From assembly GCF_006345805.1 (NCBI RefSeq), contig NC_043010.1, positions 36,208,001-36,272,000 on the forward strand: a stretch of 64,000 nt of DNA. The letters are read 5' to 3'. Of this stretch, positions 39,275 to 51,956 are shown piece by piece. Positions within the stretch are counted from its first letter, which is position 1. Each line of letters starts with the position of its first letter. The notes beneath the pieces were generated by a model that was not told where the DNA came from, searched no databases, and saw only the letters and a list, made by a program, of their open reading frames with translations. A program made the position numbers and the translations under genes. Source of the stretch: Octopus sinensis (taxonomy: Eukaryota).

Positions 39275-41657
39275 TGCATTGTTGTACCATTCAAAACTTT
39301 TTATTCTTTACAAGCAATACACAATGCTTCAAGCAAACTACAATACTCTCCTATCTTGCTATATAATTATTATGCAGTGCTTATTTGGAATGGTATATAA
39401 CCTTATTTGCCCTTGTTTGCCAGGCTGCAAAGCATGTCCTTGTTTCCCAGCATCGGAGTGATAGTAGGTTTATGCTTTGAGCTGAAGAAAACCCTATGTT
39501 TTTTAACCCTTCAAAGGGCTCATAATACACTTTCCTTTTAGCTTTTACTTTCCATTTTATTCAATCCATTACCATAGCTTGCTAAGTCTAGCAACTGTTA
39601 TTTACTAACAATAGGCTTCATTTATATCTCGCCTTTCTTTGCTGACTGAGTTCAAATTTCGCCACAGTTGACTTGGTTTTTCATTTTTCCGAGGCTGGAT
39701 TTGGTGGGTGACGATAAAAGAGAAAAAGAAAGGAAAGTGTACTAGTAACGTACTAGAAATAATATAATTGACTCTTCCCCTTTTTAGTGGCCTCGTGCCT
39801 GTTAGAAATCAATAAAAGGACTGAAATTCAGCTGTAAAACATCGACAATAAATGAAATAGAAAAGTAAATAACAGTTGGTTATTCATTCGACAGAAATGC
39901 AAATGTCCCAGCAAAAAAAATAGAATAAAATAAAATAAAAAGAAAGAAAAATTCGTGTTAGCATAACAAAGCAAACCTAATACAACTGAAGAAGAAAAAA
40001 AAAAAGGAACAGAGTGGCGGGAGAATAAGTGAAGATGAATGAAAATTAATTATTTAAAAAAAGAAAAATACAAAGAAAGCAAGAAGGTTGTTTGTGTCTT
40101 TGTCTTTCCTGTGTATGTCTGCCTGCCTGCCTCTATCTCTGTCTGCCTCTATCTCTGTCTGCTTCACTCTCTCTTTTTACACGTGTGCGTCTGTGTGTGT
40201 ATTATATAAGTATTTTGATTAATCTGTTTGTCTGCATCTCTCCAGGTGCATGTCGTGTACCTGTAATATATATATATTGTATGTGTGTGTTATGGTTTTT
40301 CCATTAAAAGGTTTTTTTGATCTTTAGATTAATATTCTGCTTGAATCAGCCATTATAAATGTGAGCGTAGTAGTTTTCCATGTGTGTGTGGGGCTGTGGG
40401 TTGGTATCTAGCGACCTTGGTTTTTCTGGCGACTTTTGTATGTGTGTGTGTGTGTGTTTTGTGCATAGTATAAGGAACGTTTTTGTTTGATTTTGTTTGT
40501 GTGTATGGAGTCCTTGTTTGTGTAATGGGGTATTGTCCTGGCCATAGAAAACTGTATGTGGTGGAGTGGAATGTGATAGGAGGTGTGTGTGTGTGTGTGT
40601 TGGAAATGTGAGACAACTACCTCAACTTTCAGTCTATAAAGGTTGTTTATAATTGTGTACTTTAGTCTGAGTTAACCTACATACATGTGTTTAATCTATA
40701 GACGTGTTAAGTTTTCACCTGAGAAAATTGAAAACTTTTGGCTGAGATTTTTTAAAGTAAATTAGCAGACGGAAATCCCCTCTAGGTGTGTTTAATAACT
40801 AAAAACAACAAACCAAGCAGATGACTCCAATAATATGATCAATTATCAGAGGAGTAGGTACCAAGTCAACTGGATATCATCATCCTTTGTCTGTTTTCCA
40901 TGCTGGCATGCATTGGACCCAGGGTATATTGCTTGAAATAGACTGGTGTTCTATGGGTGATGGGATAGTGGTATAGCTCAAGTGATATTGGAACTAAGCC
41001 TCAGCTCCTTATAAAAAAGCTCTTTAGAGTTTAGGGATCATGGTTGATTGGTGTTTTATTGATATTCAAGTTAGGGAGCTGTTATACCTTATCTGTATAT
41101 TCACCAGGAAACAGCACCAGTTTCCTGGTGCAGAGCACAAATTCTTAAGAGGATTGTGGGATTCTTGGAAATATTTACATAATTTGTTTTACATATTGTG
41201 TCTGGAGAGTCATTCTCTTTTTGTGCCTTATTATTAAACATATTTAATTTTACTTTTCTAATACTTCTAAAGCATTGCATTCTTCTGGAACTCCCTATCC
41301 TTCCAAGTTGCTGGACTTGACTGGTACTTTGTTTTATCAACCCCTGAGAATTGAAAGGTGTAGTTGGCCTCATTGGGATTTGAACTCAGAACTAACAACA
41401 GCCACAACAATGATGATGGATATCTTACTCTTACTGGGAATATGTTTTTAAGTTTAAAATTTAAGTTACTGTGAATGTACTCTAGAACTAGTCATACAAT
41501 TTTCAGTTCCTCTTAACTCTCTTCAAGGCAGTGTTTCTCTATATTGCTACAACTCGCAGTTTAAAGTAAGATATGGAGGACTACATCCTATAGATTTAGT
41601 TTGAAGTTAGATTTGCGAATACCTGTTGAGGCAAGTGAATCGAAATCAAATTTGATG

Positions 41658-42112
41658 ACTGGCATTTGTGCTAGTGGAGCGCTAAGAGCACCATCTGACC
41701 GTGATCATTGCCAGAGCAGCAAACTGGCTTCCATGCTGGTCGCACATAAAAAGCACCATTCAAGCGTGATCGTTACCAGCATCGCCTTACTGGCACTTGT
41801 GATGGTGGTATGTGAAAAAACATTCGAGCGAGGTCATTGCCAGTGCCGCTGGACTGGATCCTGTGCAGGTGCCATGTAAAAAACACCATTTGAGTGTGGC
41901 CGTTGCCAGTACCGCCTGACTGGCCCTCATGCCGGTGGCACATAAAAGCACCCACTACACTCTCAGAGTGGTTGGCATAAGGAAGGGCGTCCTGCTGTAG
42001 AAACTCTGCCAGATCAGATTTAAGCCTGGTGCAGCCTTCTGGTTCACCAGTCTTCAGTCAAATCGTCCAACCCATGCTAGCATGGAAAGTGAACATTAAA
42101 CAATGATGATGA
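41658..42112. repeat. Interspersed repeat with internal ~65-bp tandem array (~4.5 units)
   Basis: Units start ACTGG and contain AAAA(G)CACCAT and TTGCCAG; the tail resembles 25115-25290 and the reverse complement of 23765-23940. Confidence 0.7.
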
Positions 42113-42780
42113 TTCTGCCATCAACCCTTTGGAATCAATAATTTCATGTCACAAATATTGTTTTCTGTTAGGATATGTATGTTTTGTTGTTTAGCTTCGG
42201 GTAGCTCTGAATAAGTAAACCTACAATCAAAAACCTTCTAGTTGTAACCATTCCATTTTATTTTCAGGTAGAGCATATCTAGAATTAAATTTTCTGATAT
42301 GTTTTTCCTTTTAAAGGTGGCTGAATATGATTTGAGGGAAATCAGGCCACTATTTCTAGCAGTTCAAGCAATTGCATTGATATTCTGTCATTCGTTTTGA
42401 AGTATGCAGTACAAATGATTGAAGTTTACCAGGATGTATTACACTACTCATACTTGGAATCTGTGTTTAGAATAGAAGCAGAGAAAGGATTTGTGTTGTT
42501 GCTAATGGAAAAAAAGCTTTAGAACTTTCTCCTTATGTATTTAAATGGAGACATATCCTGAATTTGACCTTTTTGAATTTTAATGAAGAGGTCTCACAAT
42601 TGACTCATAATGTAGACATTACATCAAAATCATTACAATGACAGTGCTAAAAATGTAGTTTTATTGTTCTTGAAACTAAAAACTTTTGGATAGATGTGCG
42701 CGCACGTGTGTGAGTGGCTTTTGCATCCATCTTTTTGTTAAGCTAGAAGAATCAGTCTGGTGGTTTATTTGTTTGTGTAG

Positions 42781-42861
42781 GCACTGGCAACCCTTTTTGA
42801 GAAGCTGGTCACATGAGGCAATGCTCATCATGTGGGCTGCATTATTAAAACAAAATCCAAG
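42781..42861 (+). CDS. Candidate internal exon, unidentified protein (HWQPFLRSWSHEAMLIMWAALLKQNP)
   Basis: TTTATTTGTTTGTGTAG acceptor, AAG|GTAAAT donor, 81 nt, only one frame open (phase 2-2). Confidence 0.3.
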
Positions 42862-43388
42862 GTAAATTTTTTCCATTCGGAAAGTTCTGTGAGCCATAAT
42901 ATTTTTTCTTTCTTTCTGGGTTTGAGAAAATAAGTATCCAGCAGGTCTGGAGGCTCAATAAGACTGATATATTTTTCTCCAAAAATTGTGTGAGTTTGTA
43001 CCATAACTTGGAATCATTATTAGCACTACCACATTAGCAAAATCTAAGTCTTTGGTGTATAATTCTTCCACATTCCTGTCAATAACACATGTTAATTCCA
43101 TAGACATTCTTTCATGAGGTTAAGTATATTTTTTTCTCTTTTTCTTTTTCTTTTTTGCTGGAGTTTTCCAACAAAAAATGATGAGTAATGTTGACTGTCT
43201 CAAGCAAGCAACTTAGAAATAATGCCAGCTGTTTCAAGCTGGCAATATAGGAACTATGTCAGTTGTCTCAAGTAAGCAACTAATGGTAGGGAGCTCTTTG
43301 CTTGCTTTCAAATTTGAAACCCTTGCTGATAGTCTCTAAAAATCTGTAAGAGAAAAGAAGAAAAAAAAAAATCAGTTTTAAGCCTTAA

Positions 43389-43506
43389 CCCTTTGAGCCC
43401 TGACCTCCTGAACTTTATTTTACAATATATGTGGCACTCCACTGGTGCTATGGTATAGAGAAAAATAAGCCATCCACTGGTAAACTCGTGTTATGGGCTC
43501 AAAGAG
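43389..43506. mobile_element. Short piggyBac-type MITE
   Basis: TTAA|CCCTTTGAGCCC ... GGGCTCAAAGAG|CTAA. Confidence 0.6.
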
Positions 43507-45399
43507 CTAAGGACTAACCAGTGATTTAATGCAAGTTGTATACCTATGAAATAAAGATTCATTAAAATTAGATTCTTTATTTTCTTAGCATAGTACACCC
43601 ACACAGATTTTTATGCACTTGTAATTTGCTCCTGATGCTGAAAAGTTTTCTTTAGTACTGTTTAATACGGTTTCTTGACTTGTTAGAAATAGCAGCCAAA
43701 TTTTTCTTGAATCACACCCAGTTGCTTTAAAACGAAGTAGCACACATTCACACATTGGCATGCCCATCATAGCCAAAAACCAAGCAATAATAATAATAAA
43801 TATGATGATGATAATTGGTGTCTGTAATGTGTTTGTAATTATCTGCCCCAGTTCATGAGAATAGTTTTGAAGTTTGTAAGTCTGGAATCTGCTTCAGAAG
43901 TTGTCCTCTTACTCTGTTACGGTTAATTAATTGCTTGGAATTTATTTTCAGATATATTAATATAATGATCATTGATTCTGTGAGTTGGAGCCAGTATGCA
44001 TAGAGAGATGTGTAAGTGTGTATGTTTGTGTATGAGGATATACACATGCATACACAAACGTTTCTATGATGACACGCCCACACACATAATGTATGTATGT
44101 GAAATCTGGCATGTAACTTATACACATTAATGTGTGTATATATACTAGCTACCTTATCTACTATATTTATGGTGGTGATAAGTTTCAGCATCTCTTTTCC
44201 ATACTAGGATTAGATTTACTGGACCTGATACATAACATGTCTCCATGTCTCAATTTTCTATCCCTACTCTTGTTACATGCTTGCACCTCTACATTAATCC
44301 ATTTACAGCCTCTTCGCTAGCGAATGTCCATTTATTTTCCAGTTCTAAACTAGTTGCAGTTGTCTTTCCTGAATGGATTGGCTGATGCCTTTGACAACTC
44401 CTTCTTTAATCACTTTGCCTGCGGCTGTCAGATGGGATGGTTGACATATTTATAATGTCTTCGCATTTAGAGGATGTAAAATAATAAAAAAAAGAGAGAG
44501 AGAGAGAGAGATGGCATATTTTATTCTGCAAAACTTAATTGTAGTTAAATGAAGCCTTAGAAGAAATTAATAAAGAGGCAGTCAAGTATATAGTATGTGG
44601 TAATTCAAAGACTTAAGTATTAATACTAACACTAACGTCTGTCTGCCTGAATAACAATTTATTAGCAGGATCCATCAATGTTCCATACTTTTGAAATTTT
44701 TATTTCTATTTTGATGCATAAATTTATAGAGCTTCATTAAAAGATTTTAATTATGTCTTCAAAGTTCTTCCATAGTTAAGGTTAGTTAATGTATAACACT
44801 AAAACACAAAATCACTGGTGACAAACAGACTGATAATGGATGTTTGTCAATCGAAGTGTGTGTGTGTGTGTGTGCGTATGGGAAAGGGAGGAAGAGAATA
44901 GCAAGGTTGATCATAATAACATTTGAAACTGTTTGGTAGGGTCTCACATATATAGTACAATGAGTTGAAAAACTGTGATTAACTGAGATTATTCATTCTG
45001 TCAGTAGACAAAATCTCCTAGGAGTGTTTGGGATCTGAAACCAATAAGCAAGGGAGATAACTCCAATATAACCAACTTCTTGAAATTTTTAGAAAAGTTG
45101 CAGATTGGAGTGTGTCTATGAAAGTATGTAGTCTTGTTCCAACCTAACCATACCCCTCCACCCACCACCGGCCTTGTTTACAGAAGCCATGCGAGATACC
45201 CTGTGTAAACTTTGTGGAAGTATAAATAGCTGTGATGATAATGATGGCAGCTTGATTAATTAAATTTTCTTTCTTTTAAGTTGTTGGTGTGAAATTCTTG
45301 CTAGCACCACCATTACTATTGCCAACACCAATCAAGACTGCTATTTTAAAGTTTTACCATCAACATATTCTACCAAGACTAAAGTTATATTTCCTTCAC

Positions 45400-45456
<57 letters not shown>

Positions 45457-46049
45457 TCCGTTACTATTAGCTACTACATCCTCAGCAGCCATCGCCACTC
45501 CCAACACTATCATCTCTAATGCCATTAATCATCACATTCTCAAGCACTCCAACCAACACTGCTGGTATCAACCCCCTCACCTTCATATAACGTCCCCAGT
45601 TATCACAACCATCGCTAATTGCCTCTACTAAAGCCACTAACCAACCATTATCATCATCATTACTATGTCTGTAGCCTCTGCTGCAGCCATCCTCATCACC
45701 ACTATATGTCTGTTTCTCTGCTGCCAGCGTTCCCACCCTCGTTCTCTCCTATCTCCTCTCTTTTCGCTGCATTTGAGTATTTATTTAGCTGCTGGCAACA
45801 CTGCTGTTCACTGAAGTTTCATCAGAACTTCATCGTTTGAGCGCAGACCCCCACACGCACACACGTACACATGCACGCACATGCGTACGCTGAAATCTAC
45901 ATTCTCTCACGTGTACATGCAACACACTTGTGTTGCACGTGTGTGCACACACGTTATCACATGCACATAGTCATGAAGATAGTTGCATTCACCTACAAAT
46001 ACTCTCACATGCATAGACACATTTATACACACATTCAAGCATGCATATG

Positions 46050-46080
<31 letters not shown>

Positions 46081-46935
46081 ACACACACACACTCTCTCTC
46101 TCTCTCTCTCATCTGCACATACACACATTCTCTCATGTACTCATATATACACTTCTGTATGCATTCAAAATGTTATTCATAATCATGTGCATACTCATGG
46201 TAACTTTGACATATAAACAAACATTATTTTTATTATTATTACTGTTATCATCATCATTATTATTATTATTGTTGTTGTTATTATAAACCTATATTTAGGA
46301 AGACAGGTCAATTTTAAAATTGTCTTACAGTATTTACACTGGTCTATCTTTTTATTCTTTTACTGGTTTTAGTCATTTGACAGTAGCCATACTGTGGCAC
46401 CAATTTCAATTTCTTTTTTTTTTTCTTTAGACAATTGCATTATGCCCTAGTAACCCAGTTTGGTATTCATTTTATCAGATCTCTTAAGTTCACCTTTGTA
46501 TTGAGTTTTGTTACTTTTCAGATGCAATTGTCACAAGGTAACACTAGCATGCTCACATACATCCACACCTACTACCTCTGTGTATGTGTATATATACATG
46601 TATAAATACACACACAAACAAACATATAGATACAAACACACACACATATATATATAGAGAGAGACACACACACACACGAGGGGTTTGCAAGTTGTTTTAT
46701 AATGCAAAAATAAGAGTACCCAGTATGATGTATGAAGTGATTATAATTGATATATTGTTACCTGTCCATGACAGTGAGTCCCATGTTAAACAGAGCATTG
46801 TTTAAATAGACGAGTTCATCTCTAGAGAAATCTTTCACTTGTATCATATCCACTTAAACAATGGTCTATTTACCACAAAACCTAGTCATAGAAAACTAAT
46901 AATGTCTGCTGTGTATGGATATGTATGTGCTGTGT

Positions 46936-46974
<39 letters not shown>

Positions 46975-47272
46975 CACAGACACACATTATCATCATTATC
47001 AAAATGTCCACTTCTTCAAGCCTGCATGGATTTGGATGGGTTTTTTGAGGTAGCTTTTCTATGGCTAAATGCCCTTTTCTGTTGCTAACCATTACTTATT
47101 TCCAAGCAAGGTAATAGTTTCCCATGGTCAGACATGTTCTCACAGTATATTTGGAGAGGAATGACACTGCTTATATGATAGTGACAATCATTTATAAACC
47201 ATAGGGCAATGTCAAGACAAGGACACACGTGCACAACTACCACCACCACCAACAACAAGCTTCTTTCAGTTT

Positions 47273-47698
47273 CTTATTTCTTTATTGCCCGCAAGAGGCT
47301 AAACATAGAGGGGACAAACAAGGACTGACAAAGGAATTAAGTCAATTACATTGACCCCAGTGCATAACTGGTACTTAATTTATCGACCTTGAAAGGATGA
47401 TAGGCAAAGTCGACCTCAGCAGAATTTGAACACAGAATGTAACGGCAGACGAAATACCTATTTCTTTACTACCCACAAGGGGCTAAACACAGAGGGGACA
47501 AACAAGGATAGACAAACAGAATAAGTCGATTACATCGACCCCAGTGCGTAACTAGTCCTTTATTTATCGACCCCAAAAGGATGAAAGGCAAAGTCGACCT
47601 CAGCGGAATTTGAACACAGAACATAATGGCAGACAAAGTACCGCTAAGCATTTCGCCTGGCACCTGACATACTAACGTTTCTGCCAGCTCGTTGCCTT
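47273..47698 (-). mobile_element. Tandem pair of SINE family-A copies (one near full length, one 5'-truncated)
   Basis: Both align by eye to the reverse complement of 58218-58450. Confidence 0.8.
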
Positions 47699-50600
47699 CA
47701 AATCCACTCCAAAGGAAACAGTCGCATCATTGAAATATTGAAGCTATATGGTAATGCACGGCTGATTCAAAGCAATGGGAATAAATAGGCATTACATATG
47801 ACAGAGTAATCTGAATGCTAAAGGGTTAAATCTACCCCACTGCTTGTCTGGTACTTATTACAAACTCAAAAGCATGTAAGTAAAGACTAACCTAGATGGG
47901 ATTTGAACTTAGAACATCAGTAGGTGTAACTGAATACTAATTCTGTCTACCACATTTTCAAATTAAATGCAAACATGTTCACACATCCATGAATGGTAGA
48001 GAATAATGTTTAAGTATGTAACTTCTCTGATAAAGAAACTTGACTCTGGTTAGACATATCTAAATACAGCAGTAAAACTTCCCAGATGCTAGACACATAA
48101 ACAGTTCATATTTAGTTGACTTACTTCTTTTGGCTATAGGTACAAAACCTGAGATTTTGGATGAGGGGCTAGTTGATTTCATCTATCCCCTGTTTTCAAC
48201 TGGTACTTATTTTGGTGGCCCCAAAAGGATGAAAGGCAAAGTCAACCTTGGCAGAAATAGTCTGTATAATGAAATTATAGTGATAATTTTCTTCTGAAGA
48301 TGTAACTGGAATGCTGACAATAATCTATGAAGTTCTTAGTATTAACTGCAAGATATGGATCAATGATCCATACCATATTAAAATGATTGTTCTCAATGAT
48401 ACATCAGTGGAAGTTGGATATTGCTCAATAACTTCCCTTCCAACTCCTCTTTGGCCTGTGTGTTTAATCATTAGGTAAGTCGGTGCTAATATAGCTTATT
48501 AATACTCCACATATAATATAACTAGTATTAAATATGTAGCTTTTATCATACTTGTTGAAGTGGTGATGATTGAATCATGGTGATGTAAGGGAACACAGAA
48601 ATGTACATTTATTGTAGTGAGAAAATATAATTGTTTAGATATTAAATAATTCAGGCATCAGCTGCACAAGGATGATTATGCATGTTAGTGTTAACATATT
48701 TAATGCGTGAAACATTTAGAAGTTAATAAGAAATAAATACACAGCGACTATCATTAACAAAATCAGCAAGCCTGCTGTACATTGTTACAGAAGTCTGAGA
48801 TGAAAGCTAAACTGATTAATTAATTATATTACGTTTTGTATACGTAGCATTGCTGGCAAATCTAAAAATCATACCCTAAAATTGCATTATTTACATAAAA
48901 GAATGTAGTCTTTAGCTGGTAAAATCATAGTTTAAATTGTTGCTGTAAGCTCATAACCGTTTTATCACCATCCTTGTTCTTGACAGCCATGTCCCTTTGC
49001 AAGACAGCCCCTTGTTCAGTAGCTAAATGGATGGTATTTAGATTCTCATGTCCTTTCACTCTCATGAATAAAGCAGCCATGTTGCTTTGCTTGGCTTTAT
49101 ATCCAAAGGAAAAACTGATTTAAAGATTATTGATAGAATAAGTTTAAATGAAGACAGTTTTTATGGATGGGAGTACTGGAGATGATAACAAGCAATATAT
49201 ATAAATATATGTGTATGAGTCGGTGTGTGCATATATATAATTACATATTCATACATATGCATACACCAACTTATACACACTTATATTTAGAGGCAAGTTT
49301 GTTTTACATTACAAATCATTTCAGTTTCAGCATGGTTTTGGATGGTATACCCACAAAACATGACTACATACTTGTAACTTCTCAAAAAAATCTTTTGATA
49401 TGCTCCTCTATAAAGTGCTGTAGAAACATACTCAATTCTACCCATAGTACCTTTGCAGCCCCCACTTCTGTCTACATTGCACTGCTAGTTGAATTTATTA
49501 ACCCCAGTGTTCAACTGGTACTTATTTTGGTGACCCTTGGCAGAAATTGTCTACATAATGAAATTGTAATAATTTTCTTCTAAAAATGTAACTGGAATGT
49601 TGACAATATTCCATGTAATTCTTGGCACTCACTGCAAGATATAGATCAATGATCACTATTACATCATCCTCGCCTGGTAGCTAACGTTCTTTCTCCTCTG
49701 CAACAATGGGAAATATGGACATGGACTTTGCAAGCCACACATCACAGATTATAATGCTTCTTGAAGAAGAGTAACACTGAATAAAAGCTGTCATAGTGTA
49801 GAAGGGAATTTTTTAGTTCTCGTTGCATGGGACTTCTCTTGTACGAGTGGCATGAAAGAGGCATACAGTGCATCCGGTAAATAAGTGTATAATTGTCTGT
49901 GATGAAAAGGTCTGACAGTCATAGGAAACATTTTAAGATGGAATGTTCAAACCACATCACAGGCTGTCTGGGGAAGACAATAGCATTGAATGTACTTGGT
50001 ACACTTTGGAAAATGGTTGGTGATGAGGACAGCATTCAGCCATAGAAAATGTGCCCCCCCCCCCATGAAATGTAAAAACGAGACTGGGTCTTTGCTTGTA
50101 TTACAACTACTTGTCTACAAAGGCAGCTACTCTAAATAGGAACTGATGCAGGACAGAGGGGACCTTATAGTCCTTCTCAATTGGTACAACCGATCTAGTG
50201 CTGGTTTCATGATAAAATGCACCCAATCATTATACCGTAAAGCATATGCAATGCCACAGTTGGTCGATTTTTCTCTGATGTGTGCTATGATTGACCTACT
50301 CACAAGAGCCATGGAAAAGCAGATGTCAAATCTCACATGCACCCACAAATTCTAACAGGCTATCTTAAAAATAATATATTTAGCACTGACACTGTTGATC
50401 TACTTTTTTTTAAAATAGTAGGTTGAGTGATTTTGGATGAAATTTAGCTGGTTATTTCTAGCTTGAGTGAACCTGTGTGATTTGGGGGAATTTGGCCTAT
50501 TGTTTCCAGTTTGACTAGATCTTGATGAGCCACTACTCATCTTTATAGAATCATTGATAACATGTTCTAATATACTCTTGTTTTGAAGGCAATGTTTGAT

Positions 50601-51648
50601 TTATGTGAGCTTTAGCTGTTATTTTTAGCAGGTCAGTCTATTATGTTGAAGGTGCTTTTGTTGTTATTCAGCCCCAGGTTAACCCTGATTGGTAAGACCT
50701 ATGGTAAAAGGCGTTCAGACCATGATCATCCTTCTTTTCGTATATAAAGAACTACACTGTAGAATGTGTCCCTTTGTTTTAAGACAATAGAAATTGCAAT
50801 TTGGAACCAATTTGATTGCTATTTCTAGCAGATCAGTTGCCCTATCATTGGTTGCTGCATAGACTCTGATTGAGTAGGCTTATGATAAAAAGCATCCTGG
50901 CCTTGGCCATCACATCCTTCTTATATATGTAGTGTTAGATTAAATCTTTGTGATTGGTAGAATACCTTCTGTTATATCAGAGACTTCATTGTCCAGTGGC
51001 GTTTTCCTTTTTTAAGACCATAGTGTGTGATGTGAGAGAGAAATTTGGCTGCTATGTCTAACAGTTTCAACCACCACACAGTCTGTTGTTTATTCTCAGA
51101 TTATTTCAATTGACCAGATTTGTGATAAAAAGACTATATCAGGATAACATCATCCTGTAAATTCTTGCTTTTTTTTTTTGAGGGCTGTAGTGTGAAAGCT
51201 AGCTGCTATTTCTAGCATTTCAAGTGACTGCTCAGTTCACACACACATGCACAAGGAATAAATACATATTGGAGAGACAGTGAGACATTCAAATTATACT
51301 TCTCAGTCTTGTAATCTAATGAAACATTGCTACTGTGTGTGTGTAATCTTTTATCCTTTTATTTGTTTCAGTCATTAGACTGGCCATGCTGGTGCACTGC
51401 TTTGAAGGGTTTTAGTTGAGCAACTCAGCCCCTGTAGTTTTGGGGGAGTGGGGAGGGGGACTGGTACTTATTATCACGAGTAGCTTTTTATTGAACTGCT
51501 AATTTCTGGGTACGGAGACAAACACAAAGACACACACACACACACACACACATATATGTATATACACATATGAGAGGCTTTGTTCAGTTTCCACCTACCA
51601 AATCCACTTGCAAGACTTTGGTCAGCCCTGGGGATAAGCAGAAGACGC

Positions 51649-51682
<34 letters not shown>

Positions 51683-51886
51683 TATATATATATAAAATAC
51701 AAAATGGGACAAGAATGCAAAACATCCGGACAACTAGGTGATACAAAAAGGGACAACAAAACATCCAGATAGACGATACAAAAAAAAAAAAAAAAAGGAC
51801 GGGTCATTTGAAGCTTTCTATCCTCAGTCAAGAACCAGATCATCCTCGCAATTTTGGCTGATTAATCTTGAGATTGCTCCAATCTG

Positions 51887-51956
<70 letters not shown>

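Noticed and set aside
46522-49876. Further exon-like segments (46522-46537, 48408-48474, 49817-49876; minus 6550-6652 and ~55739-55759)
   Set aside because: Splice signals are plausible but the peptides are unrecognised, and similar candidates occur on both strands at the rate expected from noise.
50127-50355. ~70-aa ORFs on both strands in unique sequence
   Set aside because: No recognisable homology or consistent splice structure; this length can arise by chance.
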